Source of the DNA: Nitrososphaeraceae archaeon | Lineage (GTDB): Archaea > Thermoproteota > Nitrososphaeria > Nitrososphaerales > Nitrososphaeraceae | Direction of reading: 5' to 3' | DNA: 22,768 nucleotides | Assembly (NCBI GenBank): GCA_035297365.1 | Contig: DATGZA010000098.1 | Span: forward strand, 1 to 22,768 | In this document: in pieces, positions 1-11,211 of the stretch | Layout: each line of letters opens with the position of its first letter | How positions within the stretch are numbered: position 1 is the stretch's first letter | Translations under genes and position numbers: made by a program | The notes under the pieces: model-generated | The model's database searches: none | Seen by the model: only the letters and a program-made list of their open reading frames with translations | Told to the model about the DNA's origin: nothing

Positions 1-834
1 TAGGAAATTAATTTATGTTTATTATTAATATAATTATTCAGATTATAATTAATGACGATTTTTCAAGATATATGTGTACCTTTTATATGTTTTAATTGAA
101 TTATTCAATTCAAAACTAAGAATAAACTCGAAAAATGATAAACAAGATTCATTGGAATTACAAAGACAACAGTCACTTATTTGAATGTAAATGTAATGGC
201 AGAAATAAGTTCTAGTACAAACTTAGGGATTTACTTGACTCAATAGCTTTGCCTGACAACAGGAACTTTAATACTAGTTCACACTTAGGAAGTGTATTAC
301 CTGGTCAATACCTTTATTGCAAATTATGCATGAATGCATACTTAAAATATAATTCGGTCATAAATCTTTTTTTTGATATTCCTATTTAATAGGAGATTTA
401 ATTTCTCTGTGAAATCAAGTCGAGGTATTAGAATATGTGTAAATCTATTACTCAAAATATCCAAAAATTCAAGATATATTATTTTTTATATCTTGAAGCA
501 TAAGGATATCTTTTTAGGTCAGCAAAAAATACTTCCTTATTTATAGACATATAAACACTTTACACAAGTCGAATCAATACATTAAGATATTTATAAAAAA
601 TTCTATAAAATTACTTTCGTTCAATGTTTTTATATATAATATGCTCTAATTATATCTTGTACTGATTTTGACTTATTTTGAAATGAACTTGATATTTTAG
701 CACTTTAAATACTTCTCATTTCTATTAAAAAACTTTAAAGCTATGCTACTAAATTACAAAACAATATGAAATCCTATATGTCTTTTCTTTTTTAAATTTC
801 CTATAAAATAAATAATCCGAATATTCTATTAATT

Positions 835-1059
835 TTGTTGTTTAATACTTTATCAAGGCCGGTAAAGATCGGCGTTATAATCCTCCTAGGTGGTGTTGGA
901 GTTTTGGCAATCGGAACAACAATGATGAGCGAGTCTTTTTCTTATTATGGATTACTTATTATTATTACTGGACTTTTCATTTATCTTGCATATAGTTACA
1001 GCTTTATGGGAAGATCAAGATATCAGATGGATGAAGGAAAGAAGAAAAGAAAAAAATAA
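835..1059 (+). CDS. small two-TM membrane protein with basic C-terminal tail (hypothetical)
   Basis: 74-aa ORF with TTG start; two hydrophobic segments (IGVIILLGGVGVLAIG; YYGLLIIITGLFIYLAY) and a KKKRKK tail; AT-rich TATA-like sequence about 25-35 bp upstream. Confidence 0.7.
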   Translation: MLFNTLSRPVKIGVIILLGGVGVLAIGTTMMSESFSYYGLLIIITGLFIYLAYSYSFMGRSRYQMDEGKKKRKK

Positions 1060-1669
1060 CCAAGATTTAATACTCTTAATTTATTAGGTTGGTATTTTAT
1101 TTGTCAGAGGTTGAAATACACTTTTTAGACCCTTTTTTTGTCTTCTATAGTTTCTAAAATTCTTACAAATTGCATTTAATTCAATATACATAAGATAAGA
1201 TATTATTTTTAGCCTTATGGATAAAGTTATTTTTATTCATCATTTTCTACAATTATATTATTTATCAAATCAAATACCAGTTCAGTGATAGTTTTGCAGA
1301 TACTGAGGATATTGACTTCGATTGGACGTTGACCATAATAGATATTGTTATAATAAACAAGTTGAATTCAATCAATTACGAATTTTTTGATTGATTAACT
1401 AAGAAATCTTTTGGCTATAACTTGTACAAATTTCGATTTCTTTAATTAGTCATATATAAATGAGGTTTTTACAATATATTTCTAATTGTTAAACTAGCAT
1501 TATTTTATTAGTATATTAGTAAATTACTTGATTACATAATTACTCTAGAATTTAATATAATTATATTATGTGATCCTTTAAAGAAAAAAGGCATAAAATT
1601 CTTTTAAAATCCAGTTGTTTTATGTTATAAAAGAAGGGAATAGAAGAATTGAATAAAAATAATTATAGT

Positions 1670-2303
1670 ATGATTTTGGGCTTTTTATTCTTGTTAATAC
1701 TGACAATCCAATTTTCTAGTAGATAACAGAATGTACTAGAACAAATGGTAAATTCAAATTCTGTGGAATCATTTGCAAATCCTACAACCATAAAGCCAAA
1801 GGTGGATGTGTCTATTGAAGGTACTGAAAATGACGACAAGATTAAAGGTGGAGAAGGTAATGATAAAATTTCTGGGAAAGATGGAAATGATAAATTAAAC
1901 CGTGCCTTAGGAAATGATATTCTGAAAGGCGATGCTGGAGATGATAAGATAAATGCAGAGTTTTGGGAATGATAAATTAGATGTAGGTGCGGGAAATGAT
2001 CTATTACAAGGAAAAGGAGGTAACCACAAGGTCAAAGGTGGATCAAGTAATGACAAGATAAAGGGAGGTGCAGGAGCTGATAAAATACAAGGTGGAGAAG
2101 GTATGGATACTGTTGACGGAGGAAAGGGTAAAGATAAACTGGAGGGAGGCAAAGGTGCAGATGTATTTATATGTGATATTGAAGACACAATTAAGGATTT
2201 TAATTCAGAAGAAGGAGATTCAATTACTGGCGGGTGCACGCCTGTCGATGAAGGAATTCCCAATTTAAACAAGCTCGCATCAGAAAATAATAGCCAATTT
2301 TAG
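1670..2303 (+). pseudogene. secreted RTX/hemolysin-type Ca2+-binding repeat protein, interrupted
   Basis: Many GGxGxDxI/L nonapeptides are split over ORFs 1745-1972 and 1953-2303. ATG at 1670 gives a signal-peptide-like MILGFLFLLILTIQFSSR in frame with 1745 but is cut by TAA at 1724-1726. Removing one T from TTTT at 1961-1964 restores ...INAEFGNDKLDVGAGND... Confidence 0.8.
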
Positions 2304-2645
2304 AAATTTTTCTTTTAGTCCATTATTATTTATATTTTATATCTAGGTGTGGTTTTTGAATAATTCTCTTGTAATTGAATATACTACCTACCAAAATCAA
2401 TGAAATTTATCCCTTGAACTAAATATAATAAAAACTTCATATAATTTTAATCAAACATTTATAGGTAATATTTATAGAGAATTGAATTGTAGATCCTATA
2501 TATAGTTAAATATAAAATAGATTATAATGTCTATTTGTGATGATACAATGTTATTGTCATATTTATCATTTAAATTTCATCCCATTTTCATCTTAGATTG
2601 TAACAAACTTACGATCTCCTTAACTCTCCTGAATCTAGCAAGGTA

Positions 2646-3293
2646 TTGATTCATATGTTAGTAAAACTAAATTTAAAATATTTTATTTTCATCTTAGTTT
2701 TTATCGGATTTTTAGTATTCTCCAATCTGATCTTCGATGAAATAGACGCTAAAAAGTCAAATGATAAATCAAAGAAAAAAATATCAATTTGCTGTACATG
2801 GGGACACACATTGGAAGATGGAACGCTCACTTATGTTATTAAAAATGGTGACAATGCTCTCCATAAAATCGTAAAATCATCTTTAAATGAGTGGGAAGAT
2901 GCGGTATCAGTTTTACAGTTCCAAGAGGTAGATGATAGTGTAAATCATGATATATCCATAGATTTTAAGAAAGGAAAAGGAAAAAAAGTGGGTAAAACAG
3001 TTACATATTTTGATAACAAAGGGTTTATCGATCATGTGGAAATATCGCTATCAAAAAAATCCTTTGGAGTCAAATTAGATAAAACTATTTTAGAACATGT
3101 TACTAAACACGAGATCGGTCATTCTCTGGGATTAGGACATGCTAATTTCAAAAATACTCTGATGTCGCCTGTTGTTAATGAGGTTACTACAAAAATATCA
3201 AAGTGTGAAATTGATGCTGTAAAGAATGCCAATGAATGGAAATTCGAAAATGATTCTCATTCCTCCGCTGATAAATCCTTCAAATGTAAATAA
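2646..3293 (+). CDS. matrixin family (M10, metzincin) zinc metalloprotease, secreted or membrane-anchored
   Basis: HEIGHSLGLGH (HExxHxxGxxH) followed by Met-turn TLMSP; N-terminal hydrophobic segment; true start may be the ATG a few codons downstream. Confidence 0.9.
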   Translation: MIHMLVKLNLKYFIFILVFIGFLVFSNLIFDEIDAKKSNDKSKKKISICCTWGHTLEDGTLTYVIKNGDNALHKIVKSSLNEWEDAVSVLQFQEVDDSVNHDISIDFKKGKGKKVGKTVTYFDNKGFIDHVEISLSKKSFGVKLDKTILEHVTKHEIGHSLGLGHANFKNTLMSPVVNEVTTKISKCEIDAVKNANEWKFENDSHSSADKSFKCK

Positions 3294-4261
3294 TGCTCTA
3301 TTCATTGGTAACTGTCAATAGACTGCAAGTGAATATTCGATTCCTAGAACAATACTTTTTTGATTTTAGATTTTTTTATTATATCAATAGATTATTTACA
3401 CGTATAATTATATTTTTTCTCTACTATACTCACATAGGAAATTATTCATCAAGATCAAACCTCCATCGATCATGCTAATTGCCTAATCCCGTTATACTTT
3501 TCTTCAATGCTGGAATTAGATAATTTTTTAATCTGATTAAATTAAATAACTTAATTCAATATCCTATTTCATCATATGAATATAATATCGAGTTTTCTTT
3601 TTAACCAATAATATTACATATTTTTGAAGTAAAAGTAGATGTTCCTACAAATTGGAATTCGAAAATATTTATTAGATGGTTCTCCACGACTTTTACCCGT
3701 GATGTGAGTTTTAGAACAGGTGTTTTGGATATTATAATGTTGCAAATCTATTTAGCTCATAAAATCGCTACTAATAATTTTTGTGTTTGATTCGCTTTTA
3801 TTAAATCTTATGATGACACATAATAATATAATAAGATTTACTATTAAGCTATATTTCTACGATCTATAAATAAAAACTAGATATAATCCGTACGTGACAG
3901 TATTTTGGGATATTGTATTTCTCGGTAGTAATTAGTAATAACGTTAGAGAAAGATTACTACTTAAGCTTCATTATTAAATTGATGAAAAAAAGTATTTTG
4001 CTATACCACATTGATGAGCATAATATATTTTCGCATTTCCTGCTAATCTATTGGATAATTACATTTACAACCTATTACTGTTTGATCATGTCATTTTCTA
4101 GTAACACTTAATTCTTGTATCTGATATTGCTAATATATAATACATTAGTTTATAGTATTTTTCATCCGCTCTTTATATTATAGATAGTTTGTTGTGAAAA
4201 TACAACCTATTCTTAGCATCGAATAAAATCATTAAAAATTATAAATTAAAACAATATTTAT

Positions 4262-4642
4262 ATGATTAACCTATCTATTAATGATCAAATGGATTTTAAT
4301 TCGCTTTGCAAGGATATTATGAATCTGGATTCAAAGGTTCGGTTTGCTGCCGTTTGCGATGATTCTGGTGACATAAAATATGGTGGTCAAAGAGAAGGGG
4401 TGACTAATCTGCTATCCTCTGAAGAGACAAAAAGATCAAATCTACAAGCACTCGCTAGGTGGTCATTACGTAATTCGTTGGCCTCAAAAATTGGAAAAGG
4501 TCAATATGCCATGGCAGTATATGAAAAGATAAAGCGTATAACGATCCCATTAGAGAACGATCATCTTCTTCTGGTAACAATGGAAACAGACTCTAATCAT
4601 GATAAGATAATAAATGACATATTATCTTTAATCAAAAAATAA
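4262..4642 (+). CDS. roadblock/LC7-like thaumarchaeal protein (DUF6659-like)
   Basis: Pattern 'IMNLDSKVRFAAVCD..G.I..GG.REG...LL' and 'IGKGQYAMAVYEKIKRITIPL' matches my recollection of this expanded Nitrososphaerota family; TATA-like TTATAAAT near 4239. Confidence 0.7.
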   Translation: MINLSINDQMDFNSLCKDIMNLDSKVRFAAVCDDSGDIKYGGQREGVTNLLSSEETKRSNLQALARWSLRNSLASKIGKGQYAMAVYEKIKRITIPLENDHLLLVTMETDSNHDKIINDILSLIKK

Positions 4643-4676
4643 TAAAATCTATCTTAAATATTTTTTTAGGTATTAG

Positions 4677-5102
4677 TTAATACTTCCCATATGGCCCTGT
4701 TAACCTCCCATAAACTTCACTATCTTTTTCTTTTGAAGATGTTGATCCAATTCCACCCAGACCACCACTATAACTACCGGTAATTTCTAAAACATCCTCT
4801 GGTTCAGACAACTCGGCAAGCAACTCTAGGGTTAGACGGTGGTTTGTCACATAATGTGTTCCCATATCTTGTATTGATGGAGCCATCCCTGTCTTTCTTA
4901 TTATATATTCTCTTTTAGCTTCTTCATCAATTCCAGATTTTGTAAATATCTCTACCATGTAAAAAGGTGCATCTTGCCCTTTTTGTTCTCTAGATAACAA
5001 CTCGTTAATTAGTCTTGGATCAACTTTAGGTAAATAGGTCTCGAACAATGTGCGTAATCCTTGAAAAGCTCTCCTTATCTCTTGTGTACCTGTCATAGGC
5101 AT
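4677..5102 (-). CDS. hypothetical protein
   Basis: 141-aa ORF with ATG start, protein-like composition, TTTATAAA box about 35 bp upstream, convergent with 4262-4642. Confidence 0.75.
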   Translation of the reverse strand: MPMTGTQEIRRAFQGLRTLFETYLPKVDPRLINELLSREQKGQDAPFYMVEIFTKSGIDEEAKREYIIRKTGMAPSIQDMGTHYVTNHRLTLELLAELSEPEDVLEITGSYSGGLGGIGSTSSKEKDSEVYGRLTGPYGKY

Positions 5103-5254
5103 GATATGCTATAATAGTATATGAGCATTTCTAAATTTTATAAATCTATAATTTTAGTGGGTAAATTTTTCTCTGACACAATTATAGATTAAAAGTATTT
5201 TATAATTCAAATTTTATCATTTTATATATTCAATTCTGAATATATGAATTACCT

Positions 5255-5857
5255 ATGCGAATAAAATGGATTATAGGATTGATCGTAATTGTTGGTATAG
5301 CTATTGGCTTTTACACGTTATCTCCACTTTTTATAAACAAGGAAGTTGAAGAACAGATACCAGATAACCTTGCAATTGATGCTTATTATAAATTTCAATC
5401 GCTAGATGATGTTGAACGTAGTAATATCGCTTCGGAGATGACAGACAGAGAAAAAAATATTCTTATGATTGGAGCTAAGGAAACCAACAAAGAAATCAAT
5501 GAAGAAATGTCTAAATTTATGGACAATTTATCGTTTACCAGAAATCTAGAAGGAACCTTTATTGGGGTTGGTGATGGTATTCATAATGTGGATGGGATAG
5601 CAAAAATTCTTACACTTGTTGATGGATCAAAAGTATTAAGGTTGGAAAATTTCAAATCAACTAACGGTCCTGATCTACACGTATATTTGTCAACTGATAA
5701 GATGGCTTCCAATTTTATGGATTTAGGTAGACTAAAAGGAAATATTGGCAATCAAAATTATCAAGTTCCTGATGACACTGATCTGTCAAAATATAATAAT
5801 GTTCTAATTTGGTGCAAGGCATTTTCTGTTCTATTTGGAAATGCACAACTATTTTAG
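5255..5857 (+). CDS. DM13 domain-containing membrane-anchored protein
   Basis: N-terminal TM; C-terminal G.F...H...G.A, LRLENF.STNGPDLHVYLS, DLGRLKGNIGNQNY and VLIWCKAFSVLFGNAQL are DM13 signatures. Confidence 0.9.
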   Translation: MRIKWIIGLIVIVGIAIGFYTLSPLFINKEVEEQIPDNLAIDAYYKFQSLDDVERSNIASEMTDREKNILMIGAKETNKEINEEMSKFMDNLSFTRNLEGTFIGVGDGIHNVDGIAKILTLVDGSKVLRLENFKSTNGPDLHVYLSTDKMASNFMDLGRLKGNIGNQNYQVPDDTDLSKYNNVLIWCKAFSVLFGNAQLF

Positions 5858-6407
5858 ATGCTGAATCATTAAATTGACTTTTTTTATCTTAAAAATATGT
5901 CTTGTTACACAGCTAACTATTCCCCACACCTTTAGCTAACGTATTATATACATAAATCGTGATTTATTTCAGAAATGTCTTTTAAAGAGAGGAGAGATTA
6001 TTTCATATTGGCGTTATAGATAACTGGCGTATTGAATTACAAAAAATAAAGAAGTACTTTTTTTGCATTAAATACTCAAATTATCGTATATAAAAAAAGA
6101 AATGCTCTGAACAAAACTAGAAATTTAAAGAACGAAATTAATAAAGATACTTCATTCCAAAAACGGATAAGGTAGCAAAAGGAAATTGAAAAATAATCGA
6201 AAAGCCGTATTGTTGAACTAAATTTCTCATAATCTTTACATAAAATTATGCAACAACTATAGATTCATTTATTCAGAGATTTTTTAAAAATCATTGGTAT
6301 ATCTTATACATGTTCTATATTTTTGTTATATAACTAAATCTGCGTTATTAATCTAAATCACTAAGAATTAATAATCTTAATATAACATATTTTAACATTA
6401 CACAAAA

Positions 6408-7001
6408 ATGACTAAAAAAGCCTCCTCCATTTCTAATCAAGTTTCCAATCCCTTTAATTACCTTCCCAAAGCAATGTTCTTCACAAAAGGTAAGGGAATT
6501 CATAAAGATCAATTAACTAGTTTCGAGCTCGCATTACGTGATGCAAAAATTTCTGATCTTAATCTTGTTACAGTTTCAAGTATTAAACCTCCAAAATGTA
6601 AGGTTCTTAGTATTCAGGAAGGAAGAAAGTTTCTTTTGTCAGGACAAATTACTTTTGCTGTCATGGCTCGATCTTCTACTAACGAACCAAATAGACTTAT
6701 CGCAGCTTCAGTTGGCCTTGCAAATCCAAAAGAAGAGGGAAAATATGGATATTTATCAGAACACCATTCTACAGGAGAAACAGGTCAAAAAGCTGGTGAT
6801 TATGCAGAAGATATGGCAATGGAAATGTTAGCTACAACTATGGGTCTTCCAAATGATCAATCTCTAAAATGGGATGAAAAAGAAGAACAGTGGCGATTGT
6901 CCGGAAGAATTTACAAGACACAAAATTATACCCAATCTGCAGAAGGTCATAAGGATGGACTATGGACTACAGTATTAAGTGCTGCAGTTTTTATTCTTTA
7001 A
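6408..7001 (+). CDS. pdaD: pyruvoyl-dependent arginine decarboxylase
   Basis: SFELALRDA.I...NLVTVSSIKPP (Ser-Ser autocleavage site), IAASVG.A.P, YGYLSEHH, WTTVLSAAVF. Confidence 0.92.
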   Translation: MTKKASSISNQVSNPFNYLPKAMFFTKGKGIHKDQLTSFELALRDAKISDLNLVTVSSIKPPKCKVLSIQEGRKFLLSGQITFAVMARSSTNEPNRLIAASVGLANPKEEGKYGYLSEHHSTGETGQKAGDYAEDMAMEMLATTMGLPNDQSLKWDEKEEQWRLSGRIYKTQNYTQSAEGHKDGLWTTVLSAAVFIL

Positions 7002-7246
7002 TTATGTTATTTCAATCAAACTTCCCTAATTTATTTTTTAAATTCATGTTACCACAATTTTTTTATATAGCAAAATAATAAGAATCGGCCTATTTTTTTA
7101 AAATAGATAAACCGTATAAATTTGGAACAAAATGTTCAAATTCCGTTTACACGATAATTGCTACCTATTATTATAAATATTATCTGACTTTCATAAATAA
7201 TGTGGGAACCATCATGATGTGAAAAAAAGTTCCATCATTTAAATAT

Positions 7247-8827
7247 TTGATTTATCACTATAGAATATTGGAAGATGATAACCCTGATAATTATGGTATA
7301 TCAAATTTTAAAAAAAATAGCTCTAATAACGTGATTCCAAGGTCAGCTTGGATAACCTTATTCATTCTAGGTTCAATTGATTTAATCTCTACAGCTAGTG
7401 AAACTATGATTATCCCTGCAATCCCTGATATTATCGAGGATTTCGGTTTAACATATTCAAATTCTTCATGGATATTGAGCTCCTTTCTAATATCTGGTGC
7501 TGTAATGACTCCTATCGCAGCAAAATTATCAATTATTTATGGAAGGAAAAAAGTTCTCTTGTTCCTTATTATGTTATACATTATTGGAACGCTTTCTGCT
7601 GGATCTTCACCAAATATGGTTTTCCTGATAATTTCACGAATTATTCAAGGATTGAGTCTGGCGATATTTCCCATAGCCTTTAGCATCATTCAAAACGTCT
7701 TCCCTAAAGATAAACTTGCTATTGGTCAAGGAATAATCATTGCTCTTTTTTCATCAGGATCAGTGATAGGTTTAGTCATTGGAGGATATATCATAGAGAT
7801 TTTTGGCTGGCAGACAATATTCTTTACTATTATACCTTTTGTTGTTTTTATCGTTCTTTTTATTTACAAAAAAATAGATGTAAAAGACACGCTACCCAAA
7901 CCAATATTATTAGTAGACCAAAATGATGCCATTAATGATAATGACAAAACGAAAAATGAATTTAATCGTATCAGTAAGATTAAAGATTCATATCTACAAC
8001 CTTTAGACTTGAGGGGAATTATTTCACTTGCTATTTTGATTTCCTCGTTTTTGATAATTTTAACAAGTCTGGAAAAAGCAAGTTTCAGTTCTGACTCTTT
8101 TATTGTACCTACATTTATCTTGCTAGCAATTGCCTGTTTTATTTTATTTATTTGGTTTGAAAGGAAGACGAATTATCCTACTATACCATTAAAAATTTTT
8201 AAAGACAAGACACTTGTCTATACTAATATTTTTTTGATGATCTCTGGATTGACAACATTTATGATCTATCAAATGTTACCAATTCTAGTCCAGAATCCAG
8301 AGCCAGTTGGCTTTCACGGTAATGCGATTACGGTCGTGCAGATACAACTTCCTTTTATGATATCTCTTTTTATTATATCCACTTTATCTGGATTTATAGT
8401 TTCTAGATGGGGAAACATAAAACCTACTATTCTAGGTAGTATTATTGGATTTATAGGATTCTTAGCTATTTTGCTATTTCATGATTCAGAAATATCGATA
8501 GGGTCAAGTTTAGTTATTGTAGGGGTTGGAATCTCTTTGATGCAGGTGGGTGGATTTAATATAATTACTACATATACTCCAAAGAAATTCTCTGATATTT
8601 CTGTTGGGGTGACTTCATTGCTTTTTATTGTAGGTATGTCAATAGGACCAGCAATCTCTGCATCTTTTCTACAGAATTTTTTGGTTCAAATAGGAGAAAT
8701 TGGTATATATCCATCTTTACAAGCATATGATCTAATATTTTTTACAGCTGTTATGCTGTCTTTGATACCACTGATGCTAATATTTTTGATTAAAAAGAGA
8801 ATTATTAAACAGGTCAAATCTATTTAA
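7247..8827 (+). CDS. MFS transporter (DHA2/14-TM-like drug:H+ antiporter type)
   Basis: About 14 hydrophobic segments; motif-A-like AKLSIIYGRKK, SRIIQGL, G.VIGLVIGGYI.E.FGWQ.IF, PLDLRG. TTTAAATA at 7238-7245 favours the alternative TTG start at 7268. Confidence 0.9.
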   Translation: MIYHYRILEDDNPDNYGISNFKKNSSNNVIPRSAWITLFILGSIDLISTASETMIIPAIPDIIEDFGLTYSNSSWILSSFLISGAVMTPIAAKLSIIYGRKKVLLFLIMLYIIGTLSAGSSPNMVFLIISRIIQGLSLAIFPIAFSIIQNVFPKDKLAIGQGIIIALFSSGSVIGLVIGGYIIEIFGWQTIFFTIIPFVVFIVLFIYKKIDVKDTLPKPILLVDQNDAINDNDKTKNEFNRISKIKDSYLQPLDLRGIISLAILISSFLIILTSLEKASFSSDSFIVPTFILLAIACFILFIWFERKTNYPTIPLKIFKDKTLVYTNIFLMISGLTTFMIYQMLPILVQNPEPVGFHGNAITVVQIQLPFMISLFIISTLSGFIVSRWGNIKPTILGSIIGFIGFLAILLFHDSEISIGSSLVIVGVGISLMQVGGFNIITTYTPKKFSDISVGVTSLLFIVGMSIGPAISASFLQNFLVQIGEIGIYPSLQAYDLIFFTAVMLSLIPLMLIFLIKKRIIKQVKSI

Positions 8828-8955
8828 TTTTACCTCAGATCGCCCATTACAATGACTATAAATTCTTTCGTGTATCTTTTAATAATTAAAATCCTTTTTC
8901 AAAATTCTATACCAAAATTAATTGGAAAAACTTTAAGAGACATTTACATGACACT

Positions 8956-9306
8956 TTGTTATTAATGAGTCAGAAACTATTGGAATTTGATTTTCCATCT
9001 CCAACCGAATTAGAAGATATGGGTAGGAAAAATAGAATTAATATTTTTCGTAGATATTTTGCGACTAGTCGCTATAATAGATTACTAATTCAGATCGCAT
9101 TAGTTCGATCAGCGCTAGATAATTCCTCTATACAATCTGTTTCAGACTTGGAATATCAACATAATCAAGATTTTATAAGAATATCGCAGATGATGGGTCA
9201 ACTTGATTATCATAATGAGTTTCTAGAAGCAGTAAGAGAGGAAGAAACTGCATTAGAAAAAATAATTGAAGCATACGATAGAAAAATTAATCAAACTACG
9301 TCATGA
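8956..9306 (+). CDS. hypothetical alpha-helical protein
   Basis: 116-aa open frame with charged helical composition; probable start ATG at 8965. Confidence 0.7.
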   Translation: MLLMSQKLLEFDFPSPTELEDMGRKNRINIFRRYFATSRYNRLLIQIALVRSALDNSSIQSVSDLEYQHNQDFIRISQMMGQLDYHNEFLEAVREEETALEKIIEAYDRKINQTTS

Positions 9307-9629
9307 AAATACAAACGTTCTATGTTGTTTTTCATACTTATATCTATTTTTTTGTTACTATAAATGTATTATCATGATTATCTGATGATTTCAGTATTTT
9401 TTTAAATTACTTTTGCAATAAAAAAAAGTAGAATAAAATCAATATATCAAAAATAAGAGAACCGGTTCTAAAATCAAAGAGATTGGGGTACATATCATAT
9501 AGGTGTATAACAATATTTTACTAATTTAAACACGTATTTGACTATCTTTTCGAATCTCTTATTTTACTAAACTGGAAGTTTCTTTCCTTTCAGACCAGCG
9601 ATATACTTATACAGGATACTTTCAATTCT

Positions 9630-9950
9630 TCATTGTAGAGGGTTGTTTGTATGACCAATAATTCTGTCATTTTTCATAATAATACAACAAGCACATTTAT
9701 TGTGTAGACAGATTTCGGAGTCATTATGGGCACAAATTGGACATACACATTCAGAACCTTTTTTCTTTGTTGAAGTATATTTATTTTTATTGTAGAAATA
9801 ATACCATGATAACATCAGAGATGAACCAAGTAAAAGAAAGAGTACGGATACCAATATTCCCGATTTTAATATAAATAATATGGCACTAATTGCTAAAGTA
9901 GCTACGCCAGTTAGTAAAGGCCACAATGGAGTTTGGGAGTTGTTACTCAT
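9630..9950 (-). CDS. two-TM membrane protein with Cys/His-rich C-terminal domain
   Basis: Two TM helices, then CVCPICAHNDSEICLHNKCACC (7 Cys, 2 His). Confidence 0.75.
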   Translation of the reverse strand: MSNNSQTPLWPLLTGVATLAISAILFILKSGILVSVLFLLLGSSLMLSWYYFYNKNKYTSTKKKGSECVCPICAHNDSEICLHNKCACCIIMKNDRIIGHTNNPLQ

Positions 9951-9978
9951 TGTTATAGTATTGATGTATTTTTATATC

Positions 9979-10245
9979 TTATTTATATGTAGTAACTTCC
10001 TGGTATGATCCAGTTTCTATCTCTTCAGTATCTTTAGATTGTTTTCTCTTCATTCGTTTTTTTCTAACTTCTTTGAGGATTTCCTCAATTTCCTCTTTAG
10101 ATAGTTTACTGATTCTCGAATCACATTCTAGCCCTTTAGAATCTAAAACCTCTTCAGTTAAATTTAATATTTCTTCTTTGTTTTCTTTTTCTTCCTGTGT
10201 CAGCAAGTTATAACTCATAAATCTAAAAAATGCAAAATCACTCAT
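9979..10245 (-). CDS. small charged hypothetical protein
   Basis: 88-aa Glu/Lys-rich ORF, 28 bp upstream of and co-oriented with 9630-9950; start may be the second ATG (MSYNLL...). Confidence 0.6.
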   Translation of the reverse strand: MSDFAFFRFMSYNLLTQEEKENKEEILNLTEEVLDSKGLECDSRISKLSKEEIEEILKEVRKKRMKRKQSKDTEEIETGSYQEVTTYK

Positions 10246-11211
10246 TTCAGATATTTATTATACGAATATCTTGTAGTTAACTCTTTATCCTTTTTTATCA
10301 GTATAAAATATATTTTTGTTCTATACGCTGTCAAAGAACAAAAACGGTCTTGACAATGATCGAAACGTAAATGTAATATTTATATCAAGTAATGAAGGCG
10401 TCTAATATTTTGCGTTTGATCCTTTTTTAAAAAGCATTTCAAAAATTACTTAGTACTTCATTAAAACCAAGTGATATGAAATATCAGGCAGCACCTTACT
10501 AATGTCGTTGGCATTTCCAAACCCTTCTAACTCATCGTAAATCAAATCGACATGATTTTCTGAGATTAGAGGTAATTTAAAACACTCGGAAGAACAGAAA
10601 ACACCGCCAAGAACTGATGCTCTATTTGATGGAGAACCGTACCAAAAAAAATTTTTGATTATTGGTACTGTGGAGCTAACGCATATAATTTGTAACATAA
10701 TAGATCTATATCATCTTCATTTGATCCCAATGAACTCTTAAATGTTGAATTTAAGTTTAGATTTGTTTTCTCTGGAAAGACAGATTTTTTTTGATATGGA
10801 AGCTGATTAATATCTTCTGAACATTTGTGTTGAAATTGTATTATTTTAAAATTTTCTTTATTGGCTAAATACTATCAATAAAATAACGTAATTTAAAGTC
10901 TCATAGTGTGTTTATTCTTGCAATGTCAATTGACAGTATTGTGCTAGTACCTGTATGAACTCATAGACACAGAATCTATCCTTAAAGCAGACATATCCGT
11001 GTTATCAAAGGTGTCACTGCAACAATAAATACCCTACAAAGGTTAATTCATAAAATTCTCTCTCTCTCGTTTTAGTAGAGATACTTTAGTATCTTTGGAT
11101 AGGACACACTAATTAATTGAATTATTGCTCTGAATTTTCACTAAATTTATGCATTTCAGATCTCAATTTATCTTATAATTAAATATCTCTATTCTTAAAG
11201 AATATAATAGA

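Noticed and set aside
213-291. Imperfect direct repeat TAGTACAAACTTAGG / TAGTTCACACTTAGG, considered as a CRISPR remnant
   Set aside because: Only two short degenerate copies, no array and no cas genes.
1907-2272. ORFs 1907-2272 (minus) and 2068-2268 (plus)
   Set aside because: Shadow frames of the Gly-rich RTX repeat gene; the Pro/Ser richness is the antisense of GGA/GGT codons.
3293-3478. 61-aa ORF abutting the matrixin stop
   Set aside because: Phe/Tyr/Ile-rich composition typical of translated AT-rich intergenic DNA; no motif.
6538-7683. ORFs 6538-6831 and 7468-7683
   Set aside because: Alternative frames inside pdaD and the MFS gene.
10450-10698. 82-aa minus-strand ORF ending in a vaguely HTH-like ANDISKVLPDISYHL
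   Set aside because: No convincing family match and neighbouring frames contain stops; at best a decayed gene relic.
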